Source of the DNA: Bilabrum cf. latius
Lineage: Eukaryota
Length of the DNA: 64,000 bases
Assembly (NCBI GenBank): GCA_965178125.1
Contig: OZ237735.1
Span: forward strand, 2,046,001 to 2,110,000
Direction: 5' to 3'
Both the position numbers and the translations under genes were made by a program. Every line of letters starts with the position of its first letter. Within the stretch, counting starts at the first letter, position 1. Below are positions 42,001 to 53,086 of this stretch, piece by piece. Below the pieces are notes generated by a model that ran no database searches, had not been told where the DNA came from, and was given only the letters and a program-made list of their open reading frames with translations.

Positions 42001-45000
42001 CCGGGTAGCGAGATCCGACGAGGTCGTCAGAGGCAGGGGTGAAGGCAGGGTCCGTGCCATCAGCTGGGAGTGCTTGCCTGGAAGCAGACCACACCTCAGT
42101 GAAGAACAGATCCATGCCCGCGAAGCCATCAGCGGCGTTTACGTCGCGTACCACAGAGCCGTCTGCACGACGCGGCTGGATAGTGAACTCATTCGCTCGG
42201 CCGCGGACCTCCTCCGTGACCTCAACCGTGGTGTTCACGCCCACTAGGGCAGTGTTGCCACCAGACTGCAGCAGCGGGATGTCCCCGGCCCCAGCGTCCA
42301 GGAAAGTAACCCGGAAGGCAGACCCAGTCCTGCCCGCTGAAAGTGCTCCGAGATCCTCGCCAACGTGCACTCGCACGTCACCAATGACGGCCTGGTAATG
42401 GCTGGAGTTGCCATCGGCTTCAGAGGAGAAGGGCATGTACTGAAGATCGATAAGCGCATCACGCACTTCAGCAGTCGACGCATTCCAAGCAATCGCATCG
42501 GACTCGGCACCGTTTCCAATGCGCAGGGTGAACGTTCCTGCCGGTGCGTCCCCGCCCGTGGCTGCCACTACAATGGACTGCACCTCGCGCACCTCCCCGG
42601 TGAAGCCGCGAGCGAGAGCTCCTCCAACGGCCTCCGTCCTGGCTGCGGATGCTCCGGCGCGGATCACGATAGCGGGGGTCGCAATGGAAGGCGCAGATAC
42701 GGCACCGCCGCCCACGGCAGCTGACAGAGCCACGACACGGAACGCGTAGGCCGCACCAGTAGCAAGACCACTTGCAACAGCGGTGGTACGAGAGTCATCT
42801 CCAGTGCCATCGTACGCCAATACAGCCGGGGTGCCTGCGACGGTCTCGGTGACCATGCCGAACGCCTCTGTGCCGTTCAGGCGACCGGTCGATACGAGCA
42901 TCGAGGGAAGATCACCGACGGAGGCCACAAAAGTGATGGCGAAAGACACGCCCGAATAGTCGGGAGTACCGGCCAGCGGGTCATCGAGGTCAGTGGCCGA
43001 AGGAGAGGCCAGCATGGCGTCCGTGCGAGACACGCGGACCCTACCGTTGGCGCTGGGGATCGTCGTCTCGATCACGCGCGCTACCTCCGCGGGGCTTGCC
43101 GAGACTGGGATGTCACCGGTCACATACCCATCGCCGAAAGTCAGGGTGAAATCACCGGTGAGATCAAGGGAACCCCGAATCGTCTCCTCGACGGATGCAG
43201 TCACGGCCACGCCGGCAGTAGCTTCGTCCAAGAACGAGGTCTCGATGAACAGGGATGGCACATCGCCGCCAGCTCCGACTCCAGCCGAAGTGTCCATGAA
43301 CGTCACGTTGAACGCAGCGCCGTTAGCCGAAGGGGGTGCCAGCTCAACGACACTCACGGTCTGGATGGAGTCGAGCGCCTCGAGGGCAGCCTTGAACGTC
43401 ACGGGGGTCAGCCCGGCCCAATCGATGGCTGCCGTGCTTGCTTGGCCGAACCTGGCCACAAAGCTACCGCCGTTGGCACCGTCAATAGAAACAAGCTGCG
43501 ACTCAGGCTGCGCCTCGGCAGCCAGCAACGTGACCGTCTGCACCTCGACCACCGCCGCTGCCTGGTCCGAAGGCACTACACGGGCAGGCTGTGCGAACAG
43601 CTGGAAGCCAGTAACGCTGCTTCCAGATGCAGCAGCAGCGTCGAAATCAGCAGAATCTGAAAGGCTGACGGCACGGATGGCATCCACCAGAGCAGCATCC
43701 TCGGTGTCCACGCGATCCCAACGGAACTCCGCAGACGTCGAACTAATGGACAGCAGAGCCGGCATGGTGGGCGGCAGAGGGGATCCAGCGGCCCGTACTG
43801 TGGCCACTGGGCTCAGCGGGGACTGCAGCGTGGTGTTGAACGCAGGCCCGGACATGGGCCTTGTCCTGGCACGCACCGCGATGGCGTAATCCTTGCCCTC
43901 CTCCAGGCCCCGGGCCACGTGCCGCAAGGCACCATGCTGCACCACGGAAGCGGTAGCAGTGGCAGCGGCGGGCAGTAGATCATCGTCAATGACACGGAAC
44001 GGGCCGGCAAAGTTGGGGCCCCAGCCGCCGTAGCCGCGAGTCACAGCGATGGTCCACGTGACGCGGCCCTCGGTGGCATCGATCACGTCTTTGGTGGCCA
44101 CGACCTCCGCCATCGAGCCGCCGAGGGTGTACGCAGCCTGGGCCGGGTCCCTTAGCATCTCCTTCACCGCAGTGGCAACCTCCTCCGCGGTGGCGTTAGC
44201 ACCAATGGCCTCGGTCACGATCGTGATGTCGGGATCGCTGCCAAGCCGTGCCTCCAGCCTAAAATCGCTGGTGGAGTCGACGGTGCAGCTTCCGCCGCAT
44301 GTCACAGTCACGGCCTGTGTCTCGGGGTGTCCAGCACCCTCCTGCTGGGTAGAGGAGGCGTCAGGATAGTCCCTTACCTCGATCTACGGGATGTCACCGG
44401 ATGGGTGCAGCACGGTCACGGTGTACACGCCAGCGTTCACCTCCACGCTAGTAGCCACCATCGAAGACGGGTCGGAGCCAGGCACCCCGTTGGCATCCAC
44501 TAGAAGGCTCTCCACGGCCTGCCTCATTGCCACTCCGAACGGGAACGCACCGGAGAAATCAGGAAGGGCCACCGACTGCAGCCCGCCCGCAGACACGGAA
44601 GACGAGACGGCGCCACCAGCGGAAGCTCCAGCGTCATGGAAGGCAGCGCGCGGAGTCGGCCAGCTGACCTCGAGGAAATGCCCGGCCCCAGTGCCGGCTG
44701 CCGTACGCACGGCATCGAGGTCGATCACCTACCGCTCGGGCGTGCCAGCGATCACCTCCTCCACAGCAACCGAACTGTTGGCAACGGATGCACCCTGCAG
44801 AGTAGACAGAGACACGCGCACGGAGTAGTCCGTGACTGCGCTGCCACCGTTGTCAAGGGGTGCGTCCCAGCCAGCTGCCACAACGCCGTCATTTGGCACA
44901 GTAGGGGCACCGGCTGAGGTCTCCGTGTCGCGCTTGGGGGCAGCAGGTGCCGCAGGTGCCCTGGGGTCGCGCGCCACAAAGGGTGCGGAGGGGCTGGAAG

Positions 45001-48000
45001 GCAGGCTGCTGCCTGCGAGGTTCCTGGCGATCACACGGAAGCGCAGGGGCTCGCCGTTCCTGACCATGGGGGCGGAAACCACAGCCGACCTAGTCCATGG
45101 CTGGTCGCTGCCATCGAAAGCAGTGCGCCACCCATCGTCGCCAGGGGAGCCAGACCCCTCCTCGGGGCCCTCCTCTACCTGAAGCTCGTAGCCAGTCACA
45201 TCAGCACCTCCGTCGTCCTCTGGTGCACTCCAGCGCACGTGAATCGAGTCAGCCGTGGTGGCAACCAGCTCTGGTGCTGGCGGGGCCTTGGGTGCGTCGG
45301 GGCTGGGCATGGCGCTGGCAGGGTACGGCACAGCCCTGGGACCGAATCCCTCAGCAACAGATCTGGCCGATACCACGACGTGGTAGGTGCGCTGCGGGCT
45401 CAGTCCGTCGATCAGAAGTGAGTACGGCAGAGGCGCCGACAGATCAGTGAAGTCCACGGTGCCGTAGAAGGCATCCCCGTCAGAACCCACACCGGCCTGG
45501 ATGCGGGAGACGTTGGCAGTCACATTCGCGTCGGCCTCCAGGGGGAGTCCAGCCAGTGTAGCGGCGGTGTCGTTCCACGTCCCGGCGGAAGATCCACCGG
45601 CGATGCCAACCAGGGCCATCACACGGAGCCTGTCGATGAATCCGTGAGCGCAATCGTCCTGCGCGCCCATCTCAAGCGTGGTGGACGCGGGAGTGCGCTG
45701 GCATCCATCGAAGGTCACACGCCACAACACAGTCCCCTCGACAGGCACCCCGATCGAAGTCGTGGCGGCAGGGGTGGCATCGGCCTGCCCATCCCCATCG
45801 TAGTCCAGTCCCACGCTCACAGACCTAGTTACAGACACACCGCCGACGCCGAGGGGTCCCTCGAGAGCTGCCTCCACCTCCTGGGCAGTGGCAAACACCG
45901 AGAGCTGCTCGGTGGAACTGGTCGGAGACGCAGTAAGCAGGCCGAAAGACCCGCCGAGAGCCTCGGATGGGGCCACCAGGGCATGTGCCGTCACCTGGGC
46001 GTCCACACCAGTCAGAGACTGCGCCGAGTCAACCCCAGTGGCGAGAGGCACGATCGTAGGGAAGGCCGGGGCATCGATGGCCGATCCCTGCGGAAAGGCT
46101 CCTGGGTTGGACAAGAAGGTAACCGACCACGCATACCCGCCCTCGCTGTCGGGGCTTGACCGAGTCACGGCCACATCGCCAATGCTGGGGAGCGCCTCAA
46201 GTGCGGCCTCCAGCTCCTGGGGCTGGGCATCATGCGGAATCTCCGCGGAGACATGACCGGCAAAGGACAGGCGGAAGGTCCCGCCCACCTCGTTTCCTGC
46301 CCTGGATCCGGCGGAGAGCACAGTGGCGGCACTGACACAAAGCTGCACGTCCTCCTCGGTCAGCCCTCGCGCCGCAAGGTACTCGGCAGGGTTGCTGGGG
46401 CCGCCCGCAGCGAAAAACTCCTCCTCAACGCCGTCCTGGCACACGATGATCCGCGAGTTGTTTCCCAACAGGGCATCATCCACGCCCTGGATCGCCGGTA
46501 GGTCCCCACCCAGGCCATCGAAAGACACCAGCAGCGCCACGCCGCCCACGCTGTCGATGTTGCCTTGGTCAGTGGTCACGGCTACCGCGGAGGCACTGCC
46601 GATCGAGTCGAGCGACTCCAGGGCAGTCTCCACGTTGCCCACGGTAGATGCGGTGATGGAGATGGCCTCCGTCACCTCTCCGCGGAAAGACAGACGGAAC
46701 TGCCCCTGGAGCGGCGCACCACCGGGCACAGAGGTTACCACGCTCATGAAGCGAGTGCCATCGAGCGCACGGTTGTCGAAGGTGACCTCGGGCACATCGC
46801 CGGCGTAGCCCTGCACGCCGAGGACCGCGAAGGTCAGGGTCATCACCTGCGGTGTTGCAGTGGGGGAGCAGGCACCCGAGGCCCCAGAAGAGAAGGCCAC
46901 GGTCACGCCGCTGACAGAGTCAAGAGCCAGCAGGGCCTGCTCCACGGCAGAGGCTGCGGCGTTCCAGGCGATGTCGCCGGTGCTCTCTCCGTCCACAGCG
47001 AGGCGGAACGTGCCGCCGTTTGCGGCACAGCGCACCTCCTGCTCCTCCTGCACGCTGGCACCGCTGCCATCGCCCGTGATCAGCACAATCTGCCTCTCCC
47101 GCGAGGATGACGAAGCCGAAGTGATCACTTGTTGGCGAGCCACCTGCACCGGCGCAGTCACCTCAATCTCCTGCACCTCTGGCGTGAAGCCGGTGCCAGC
47201 GGCCATCCACTCCACCTTGTACGAGGCGATTCCGGAGCCGCCATCGCTTGCGGGAGGGTTGAAAGACAGACCAAGGGCTCGGCCGGAAGTACCAGCGACT
47301 CCGCTGACGCTGCTGGAGGCAGGCGATGCATCCAGCCTGACGTCGACAGGTGCCGACGGTGCCTGGGGCATCGGGGTGACCAGGCGTGGGAACCCGTAGG
47401 CGGGCTACGACTCACCTGCAGCGCTGAGTGCAATCACCCGCACAGCGTACGGCACGCCCTGGTCGAGCGCCGTGATGAAGCGAGCAAACGCAGCCGAGGC
47501 ACCGGTGGACATGGGAGACGCGTCTCCGGTGTTGCCAGCGGCCTGGTGCATGGAGCCCAGGGGAAGGCCACCAGGCCCTGAGGCAAATGACGGCTCAGCA
47601 CCCTTGATGGCTTCAGACACGGCCACCACCGCCACGGTGGCGTTCAGGGATCGCGCGTCTCCCTGCATGAGGGGCACGTCGCCCACAAGGTCGGAGAAGG
47701 TCACGCTCCAGGTGTACCCAAAGTTGGCGTCTTGGCTGCTGCGCTCGACCTCCACGCTGCCAACGCCGGACAGGAGCTCGATGGCGTCGCGCACCTCGGC
47801 GGCAGTGGCATCTTGAGGCAAGAAGCCAGTGCGCTGCCCGGCGAGGGAGAGGGCGAAGCGGCCGCCGGGCTGAAGCGGGCGCGCGGTCCCGTCCTGCATA
47901 CCCACCAGGGTCAGTGTGGCCGAAACGGGCACAATGGCAGGCTCGGGCAGGTTGCCTGCGAATCCCGCATACGTGATGTTGATGGCGCACCCTTCGGTCG

Positions 48001-50007
48001 CGGGCTCACGGGCGCTGTCACCGGAGACGCTCACGCCGGTGCCGACGTGCTCGGCAATCAGGGCCAGCTCGTCCTGGAGCTCGGCTGCGATCTCACCGCA
48101 AGTGGTTGCGTTGGCAAGGGTTACGTTGCCGGTGGCCACCGACATACCGGTGGTGCGAAGCCCGGAGAAGACGAATGAGAAGGCACCTGCCGGTGCTCCC
48201 GCCGAGATGTCAAGGCGGTGCACCTCAGCGTACGTGCCGCTGCTGACCTTGGCGGCCTCAATGGAGGCACCCTCAATACCCTCGCCCAGGCGGAGCTCGA
48301 CAGCGGAGCTGTTTGCGTCAATCAGCTGGAAGGGACCCTGCTTCTCGGTGAATGAGAGGGTCCAGGTGTACCCGCCCGCCGGCCGGCGGTCGGAGCGCGC
48401 GACATGCACGTGACCCACAACGTCAGATGCCTGGGCATGCAGGGCGGCCTGCATCTCCGCGGCAGTCGCGTTGAGGGAGACGTTCGCCACGCGGGCAGTC
48501 ATCCCGTCAGCGTCCGTAACGTTGAAGCTGAACATGCCGACCAGCTCGTTGCCCTGGATGGAGGACCCCGCGACGTTGCAAGGGTCCCCACCCCTGGTGC
48601 CTGTAAAGGCGGCCGGTAGCAGGGTCGAGTTGGTCGTCTCGCCGTCAGCGCAGACAACGATGGCCGCACCAGTCCCAGACAGCTGTGCGCTGCTGGCAGT
48701 GAGGGTCGGCACGTCACCGTCATGCATCTGCGTGTCGACAAACGTCACGTACCACGAGTACGCACCCTCAGCAGTGGCCGCGTCGGAGCCAGTGAAGGGG
48801 GCCCTCGACACCTCAACGTCACCAACGCCCTGCAGCGCCTGGAGGGCGGACTCCACGTCTGCCTCGCTGGCATCAAAGTCCAGCGCGGTGGTGGTCTCTC
48901 CCTCGAAGCCCAGCGTGAAAGACCCGCCCAGCTGGTTGCCGTGCTGCGTGGTGTCGATGTCCACGCTGGCACCTGCACCGGTGAGGCCACTCCTCACCAC
49001 ACGGAGCTGAGGCTGGTCCGCTGCTGGCTCGTGGAACGTCACGGACCACTCGTAGCCGCCCTGCAAGTCGGGCCCGGTCCTCGTCACAGTGACGTCATCC
49101 ACGTTGAGGAGTGCCTCAATGGAGCTCTCGAACGACGCAAGGCTACCTGCTGCTGCCGCGTCGTGGGCGATGTCGGCGGTCACGTAGCCATCGAAAGAAA
49201 GCGCAAAGCTGCCGCCGAGCGTCTCTCCAGCGAGTGCAGTGGTGGTGACAGTCTGCACCTCCGGCACCCTGCTGGCAGCAGTGTGAACGGACTGAACCTC
49301 GTCCACATCGTCTGCGCTCGTTGTCAGCGTCTGCACCTCGGTGGCACCCACGGTAGGTCGCACGTGAATGCGCTGCACCTCCTCAACGCCCTAATTGGTG
49401 TCCCATTCCACGCGATAGGAAGACACGGGGCTGCCTCCGTCGTCCGAGGGGGTCCCGACTTCCACACGGACCGCACTGCCAGAGACAGCGTTCACGCTGA
49501 CAAAGCTGGGCGAGCTAGGCGGCTCAATCGCGCCGGTCAGCCCCCCAGGGGACGTAGATGAGTTTGATCCTCCGTACAAGGCTCCTTCGCATCCGAAACT
49601 GCCACACACTACTGCGCTGGGCGATGCTGCGAAGATGCCGGGCACGGCAGCGCCACCCTCCAGGATGGACTGCCCTAGCGCACCGACAGCAAGGCCTGCG
49701 AAAAGCTTGGAATGCGATAAATCGTAACCCTTATGGATTGTGGGCAACTGAGGCGCATGCAAATGAGGGGGCAGCCGCTCAGACTAGCCAGGAATTCAAG
49801 ATCATCTTCGACGCTGACGATACAAAGAGTAGGGAGCGCAGGCAAGGTCAGCCACGCGCCATCGCCTGGAAAGCAAGCAAAATTGCACAAGTGATATATT
49901 CACTGGACGATGCCGAGGTATTACGGCTTCAAACGAACCTCTTGGGCTCAACGGTCAGCACGACTACCCTCACATGCAAAGGCTTGCACCGCTGGCGACA
50001 TCCTCAT
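2..50007 (-). CDS. Giant secreted/surface multidomain protein (FN3 + filamin + PA14 + EVQ repeats), >=16,576 aa, 3'-partial; exon 1 50007-49974, exon 2 49695 to beyond position 1; needs TAG read as sense (Gln)
   Basis: All 36 long minus-strand ORF fragments from 146..376 to 49391..49762 share one frame (stop coordinate mod 3 = 2) and each ends in TAG. Reading the gaps by hand gave 5 more in-frame TAGs (7922, 14708, 17561, 24956, 41699) and no TAA/TGA; the frame is still open at position 2. Domain motifs run across the TAGs. The spliced N-terminus MRMSPAVQAFACLAVGALG-QS looks like a signal peptide; N-x-S/T sequons are frequent. Confidence 0.92.
31470..31891 (-). other. PA14 domain 3 of the giant protein, spanning an in-frame TAG at 31556
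   Basis: GGLQGSYYNNRFFFGKPAMTRVDTTISFSW...DDVSARWTGWLKVPFSENFTFEATVNDAARLVVDG...ITLEW*EATGAAQVELKY...IIPAERLF; the domain is complete only if TAG is read through. Confidence 0.85.
35570..36145 (-). other. PA14 domain 2 of the giant protein (approximate limits)
   Basis: GGLLATYY...VDDAIDFNWG...WSARWSGSI...SDGGVRVRVNGTVVIDNW...IEVEYRHGSGAAAIALQW. Confidence 0.85.
39935..40369 (-). other. PA14 domain 1 of the giant protein (approximate limits)
   Basis: GGLTGAYYDSQWF...RLDAGIDFDFGEG...DYVSIRWTGKLLVPSTERFTF...GGGVRVWIN...VEYRHSTGPAAIKLEWSSP...VVP fits the PA14 pattern. Confidence 0.85.
49696..49973 (-). other. Predicted spliceosomal GT-AG intron (278 nt, phase 1) in the giant gene
   Basis: Minus-strand donor GCAT|GTGAGG at 49973 and acceptor TTTTCGCAG|GC at 49696. 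Splicing makes TGC (Cys), keeps frame and joins ATG 50007 to LAVGALGQS. The interval is more AT-rich than the exon and has stops in the exon-2 frame. Confidence 0.75.
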
Positions 50008-50731
50008 TATGAAAGAAGCTATCAGTGCTCTGACTGGCAAGGCACCGATTCAAGACGAGGTCTGAAGCAACTGAGTGGCCGCAACGAGTTGTTGCAGCCG
50101 TGCTCCAGGCGTAGTCGTCGGAACGGCCTCGCTGCAGTCGTCGCGCGAGCTCTCTTCCGGAGAGTGACCCTTCTGCGCACGAAAAGTAGGCGAAATAGAA
50201 TGCTAACGCAGCAAGTACGCCTATGCGGGCGAGCTAGCTCTGCACGGCAGATCCGATGCAAGCATCGGCTTGGGGTACGCCCCAGGTTGAAATCTTCAGA
50301 GCCCAGAGCGACCCACTACGGCACTTACGAAGTCGATCGATCCCGCGTTTGGGTCTAACGGATAGAAACCAAGACTAAACTAGGCCTTGGTACGATTGAT
50401 ATTCCTGTGCGCGATTCCCTTTCGGGTTTAAGCGCCAATTGCAATGCTGGAGGCCGTGCGTTGAAAGCTCGGCAACCGGTTCCGGTTTCCAGCAGGAAAG
50501 CGATGCGGTCGCAAGAAATGGTCGCAGCAGCTAGTCTACGCACCTTTCATGTTGTCGAGCACGTGCCAAGCTTCTGAGGACTAAAGTATGCTATGCAACA
50601 CACTTTGCAATTTTCTGTATGGCGCGACTGAAGGCTTGAAGTTCCGCCGAACGTAATGCCAACTTGAAAGAGCAAGCTCCGGTAGTTTTAAATAAAAGCA
50701 CAACAAATGAGCGATCCAGCGAGAGCCAAAT

Positions 50732-51668
50732 TCATCTCCTCGGCAGAAATGGATTTCGGGCTGCCAGCATCGAAGGAGAGGCGAAGCGGGCATCGTACTC
50801 GCTCAGGGCTGCGCGCTTCGACTTCGGTGGGAACCGCCGATTGACCTGAACCGGCGATCGGCTTCGCTCAGCCGGGTGCCGCGAGGACGGGCGCTTTCCA
50901 GCTGCATGCTGCCCGCCATAGCGATTAGGCACCGATGGAGGAGGAATTCCCTCGCGATCCGTGTCGAAGGGTGCCACGATCACCACATCTCGAAGGCGCT
51001 GCTGCTCCTCGAGTGAGACAGGCCTGCGGTCGTACGGCGCGGGGTCCACGCTCAGCGGAGGATCTTGGCCGTCGAGCAGGTATGAAGTGGCCGTCCTACG
51101 CCAGAGCTTCGCTTCCATGCTGCCCGGCGGGGGCGGCGCGGCTGCCTGCGGCGTGGGGGGGCGGCCGACCGCAAACGGAGGCAGCGCGCCCGCTCCGTGC
51201 CCGCGCCGAGCAACTGCTTGGCTTGGGTGAGCATCAGTGGCGCCCTCGTCCTCTCCGTGCTCGGGGCACCCGAAGTACCGCGCCCTCAGTGCCACCGCCC
51301 GCGCCTCTAGAGCCTCGAGGGCAGCCTGCTTCTGCTCCCGCTCCTGCTCTCGGCGTCTGCTTGCCACCGCCTCGACCTCTTCCGCCGAATCCGGGCGCAT
51401 TGCAGAGTCGTAGCATTGCTCCGGCTCTGTAGTAGCGGGTCCACTCTGCAGCTCGACGGCCGCGCCACCTCCCTCCACCTCCTCGAAGCTGCCATCGGCT
51501 TGCAGGGGCTGCCTGGTGGGCCGCTTGCCGTGGTCCGATCCCGCGGACCCCTGATCCGATCCCTCTCGCGAGAGAGCCACGGGGACAGAGATGTCACCAT
51601 CGTCCCCGGGTAGGGGTCCCATTGCCTCGTGCTGACGAGCGGCCTCGCTGACCCTCCCGTCGCTGCTC

Positions 51669-51712
<44 letters not shown>

Positions 51713-52954
51713 GGATTGACGCGTCTGGCCCTGTGGCGGCGCCAGCTGATGGCCTTTGCGCCCAGTGGCCCGCTTTCCACTGCGGTGTTTGTCTTCACCC
51801 CGCCCCGCCTTCGCCTCTGCAGCAGCCATGGCTGCGATTTGGTGGGCCTTCCTGAGTTCGGCTCGCTGCGTGGGCGTCATGCTAGGCCTGGGCCTTGCCC
51901 CTTGCCTTGCTTTTGCCAGGGGTCCTGAAGCAGCACCGGCCCGGGAGGCGCGAGTGCGGCGGCCGCTCGCCACGGCAGCAGCGCGCGCGGCAGCTGGCGG
52001 TCTGCGGCTTCGGCTGGCAATGCCCTTCCCACCTGACCCGGCACCCGCCGCCCGCGACTTGCGCATGGCACGCCTCGCGCGCCCAGCGGCAGAAGAGGCA
52101 AAGAGGGCGCTCGGGCGGCCCCCGCGCTGAGGACCGCTCCCGATTCCGCGCTTGCCGCTGCCGCCGCCGCTCCCCCTTGCTGTGCTCTCTGGCCCCTCAC
52201 CCACTTGGCCGCCTGCCTCGGCATCGGCGCCAACGTGCTCGCTGATTTCGCTGCTTTCCGGCACATCATCACGGCTGGATGGACGGGCATGAATAGGGGA
52301 GCCTTTAATTCTACTAGCCGCCCCATCGGATCGATACCTCTCGTCGTACTCTGTGACAGCACCCTCACCGCTGGGCTCGTGCCACAGCGCGATAGGCCCG
52401 GCAGCAAAATCGCCGACAGGCCGTTCTTGCTGACTGCGCAATCTATGCTGCGTACCAACCTTGCCCTTAGCATGCAGAAGTGCTTGCTCCCTCGCCTCAA
52501 GAGCGCTGTCTTCCCTAGCTCTCCGCTCGGCAGCCCGCTTTACCAGGCTCTCCCGCTGGCGGCCCTTGAAGCTGCCCTCTGCCTCCGTCTACCATGGATT
52601 TTTCGCTGTATATGGGTCTTCATTGCTCTTATCTGCATTATCTTTGGAATTGGCCCGCGAAGAAGGCGCCATAGGGCGACTTCGAGCGTACTTTAGCCTA
52701 GTCTCCGAGTAGTAGTGCTTGGGGTTGTGCAGCTCGCTCTCCTCGGCTATCAGGCCTCCAATGGTGCTTCCATGACCCTTTTCACGAAATCCTTTGGCTC
52801 TTTTCATCGTATCAACGCTTGATTGGATCCATGGATCGTCCATCTTCGGCTTTGGCTTTGTATTTTTAAACGGGTTCGGGTAAAACTCAGATTTTACTGC
52901 AGATATCATCACGCTACTCCGGAATTGAGCCGTTCGGCAACCGATGGATTGCAT
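50732..52954 (-). CDS. Hypothetical low-complexity (Ser/Ala/Arg/Gly-rich) protein, ~740 aa with one internal TAG (52589); start uncertain (alternative ATG 52843)
   Basis: ORFs 52589..52954 and 50732..52441 are in frame, separated only by one TAG plus sense codons; ends TGA at 50732-50734. No domain recognised. Confidence 0.6.
51672..51710. repeat. (CTG)13 trinucleotide microsatellite encoding a poly-Ser tract on the minus strand
   Basis: Perfect ctg repeats; read as AGC (Ser) codons in the 50732 ORF. Confidence 0.9.
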
Positions 52955-53086
52955 CGCCTAGCAATGGATTCTTGTTCGTTTCCCGACTTTTCAGCCGGCC
53001 GATAGTATGCTGGCAGTGCTTCGCTCTCGTCTTATGTTGCTAGCAAACTCGGTGCGATCGAAAGGCAGCGCTAGCAGCTAGACGGC

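Larger units (their letters stand above)
31430..42650 (-). repeat. Cluster of filamin/ABP280-type Ig-like repeats interleaved with PA14 and EVQ modules
   Basis: Recurrent GxGL..G.AG....F.v.aRD..GN, DNGDGTYDIRYTPVIAGEYTVSV and GSPF motifs, e.g. 39210-39500, ~38960-39055, ~34300-34440. Confidence 0.8.

Noticed and set aside
146-49762. A cluster of ~36 separate adhesin genes, or a decayed pseudogene
   Set aside because: All fragments share one frame, every break is TAG, there are no frameshifts or TAA/TGA, and motifs cross the breaks. Random decay would give all three stops plus indels, and conserved neighbouring genes show the same pattern.
49558-50358. 266-aa plus-strand ORF over the giant gene's 5' end
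   Set aside because: Antisense to exon 1, the intron and the upstream region; no recognisable motif.
50341-50430. Possible tRNA (GGTCTAACGGATAG resembles a D-arm), of interest as a UAG decoder
   Set aside because: No GTTCGA-type T-loop, no convincing acceptor stem and no CTA anticodon loop; I found no tRNA in the window.
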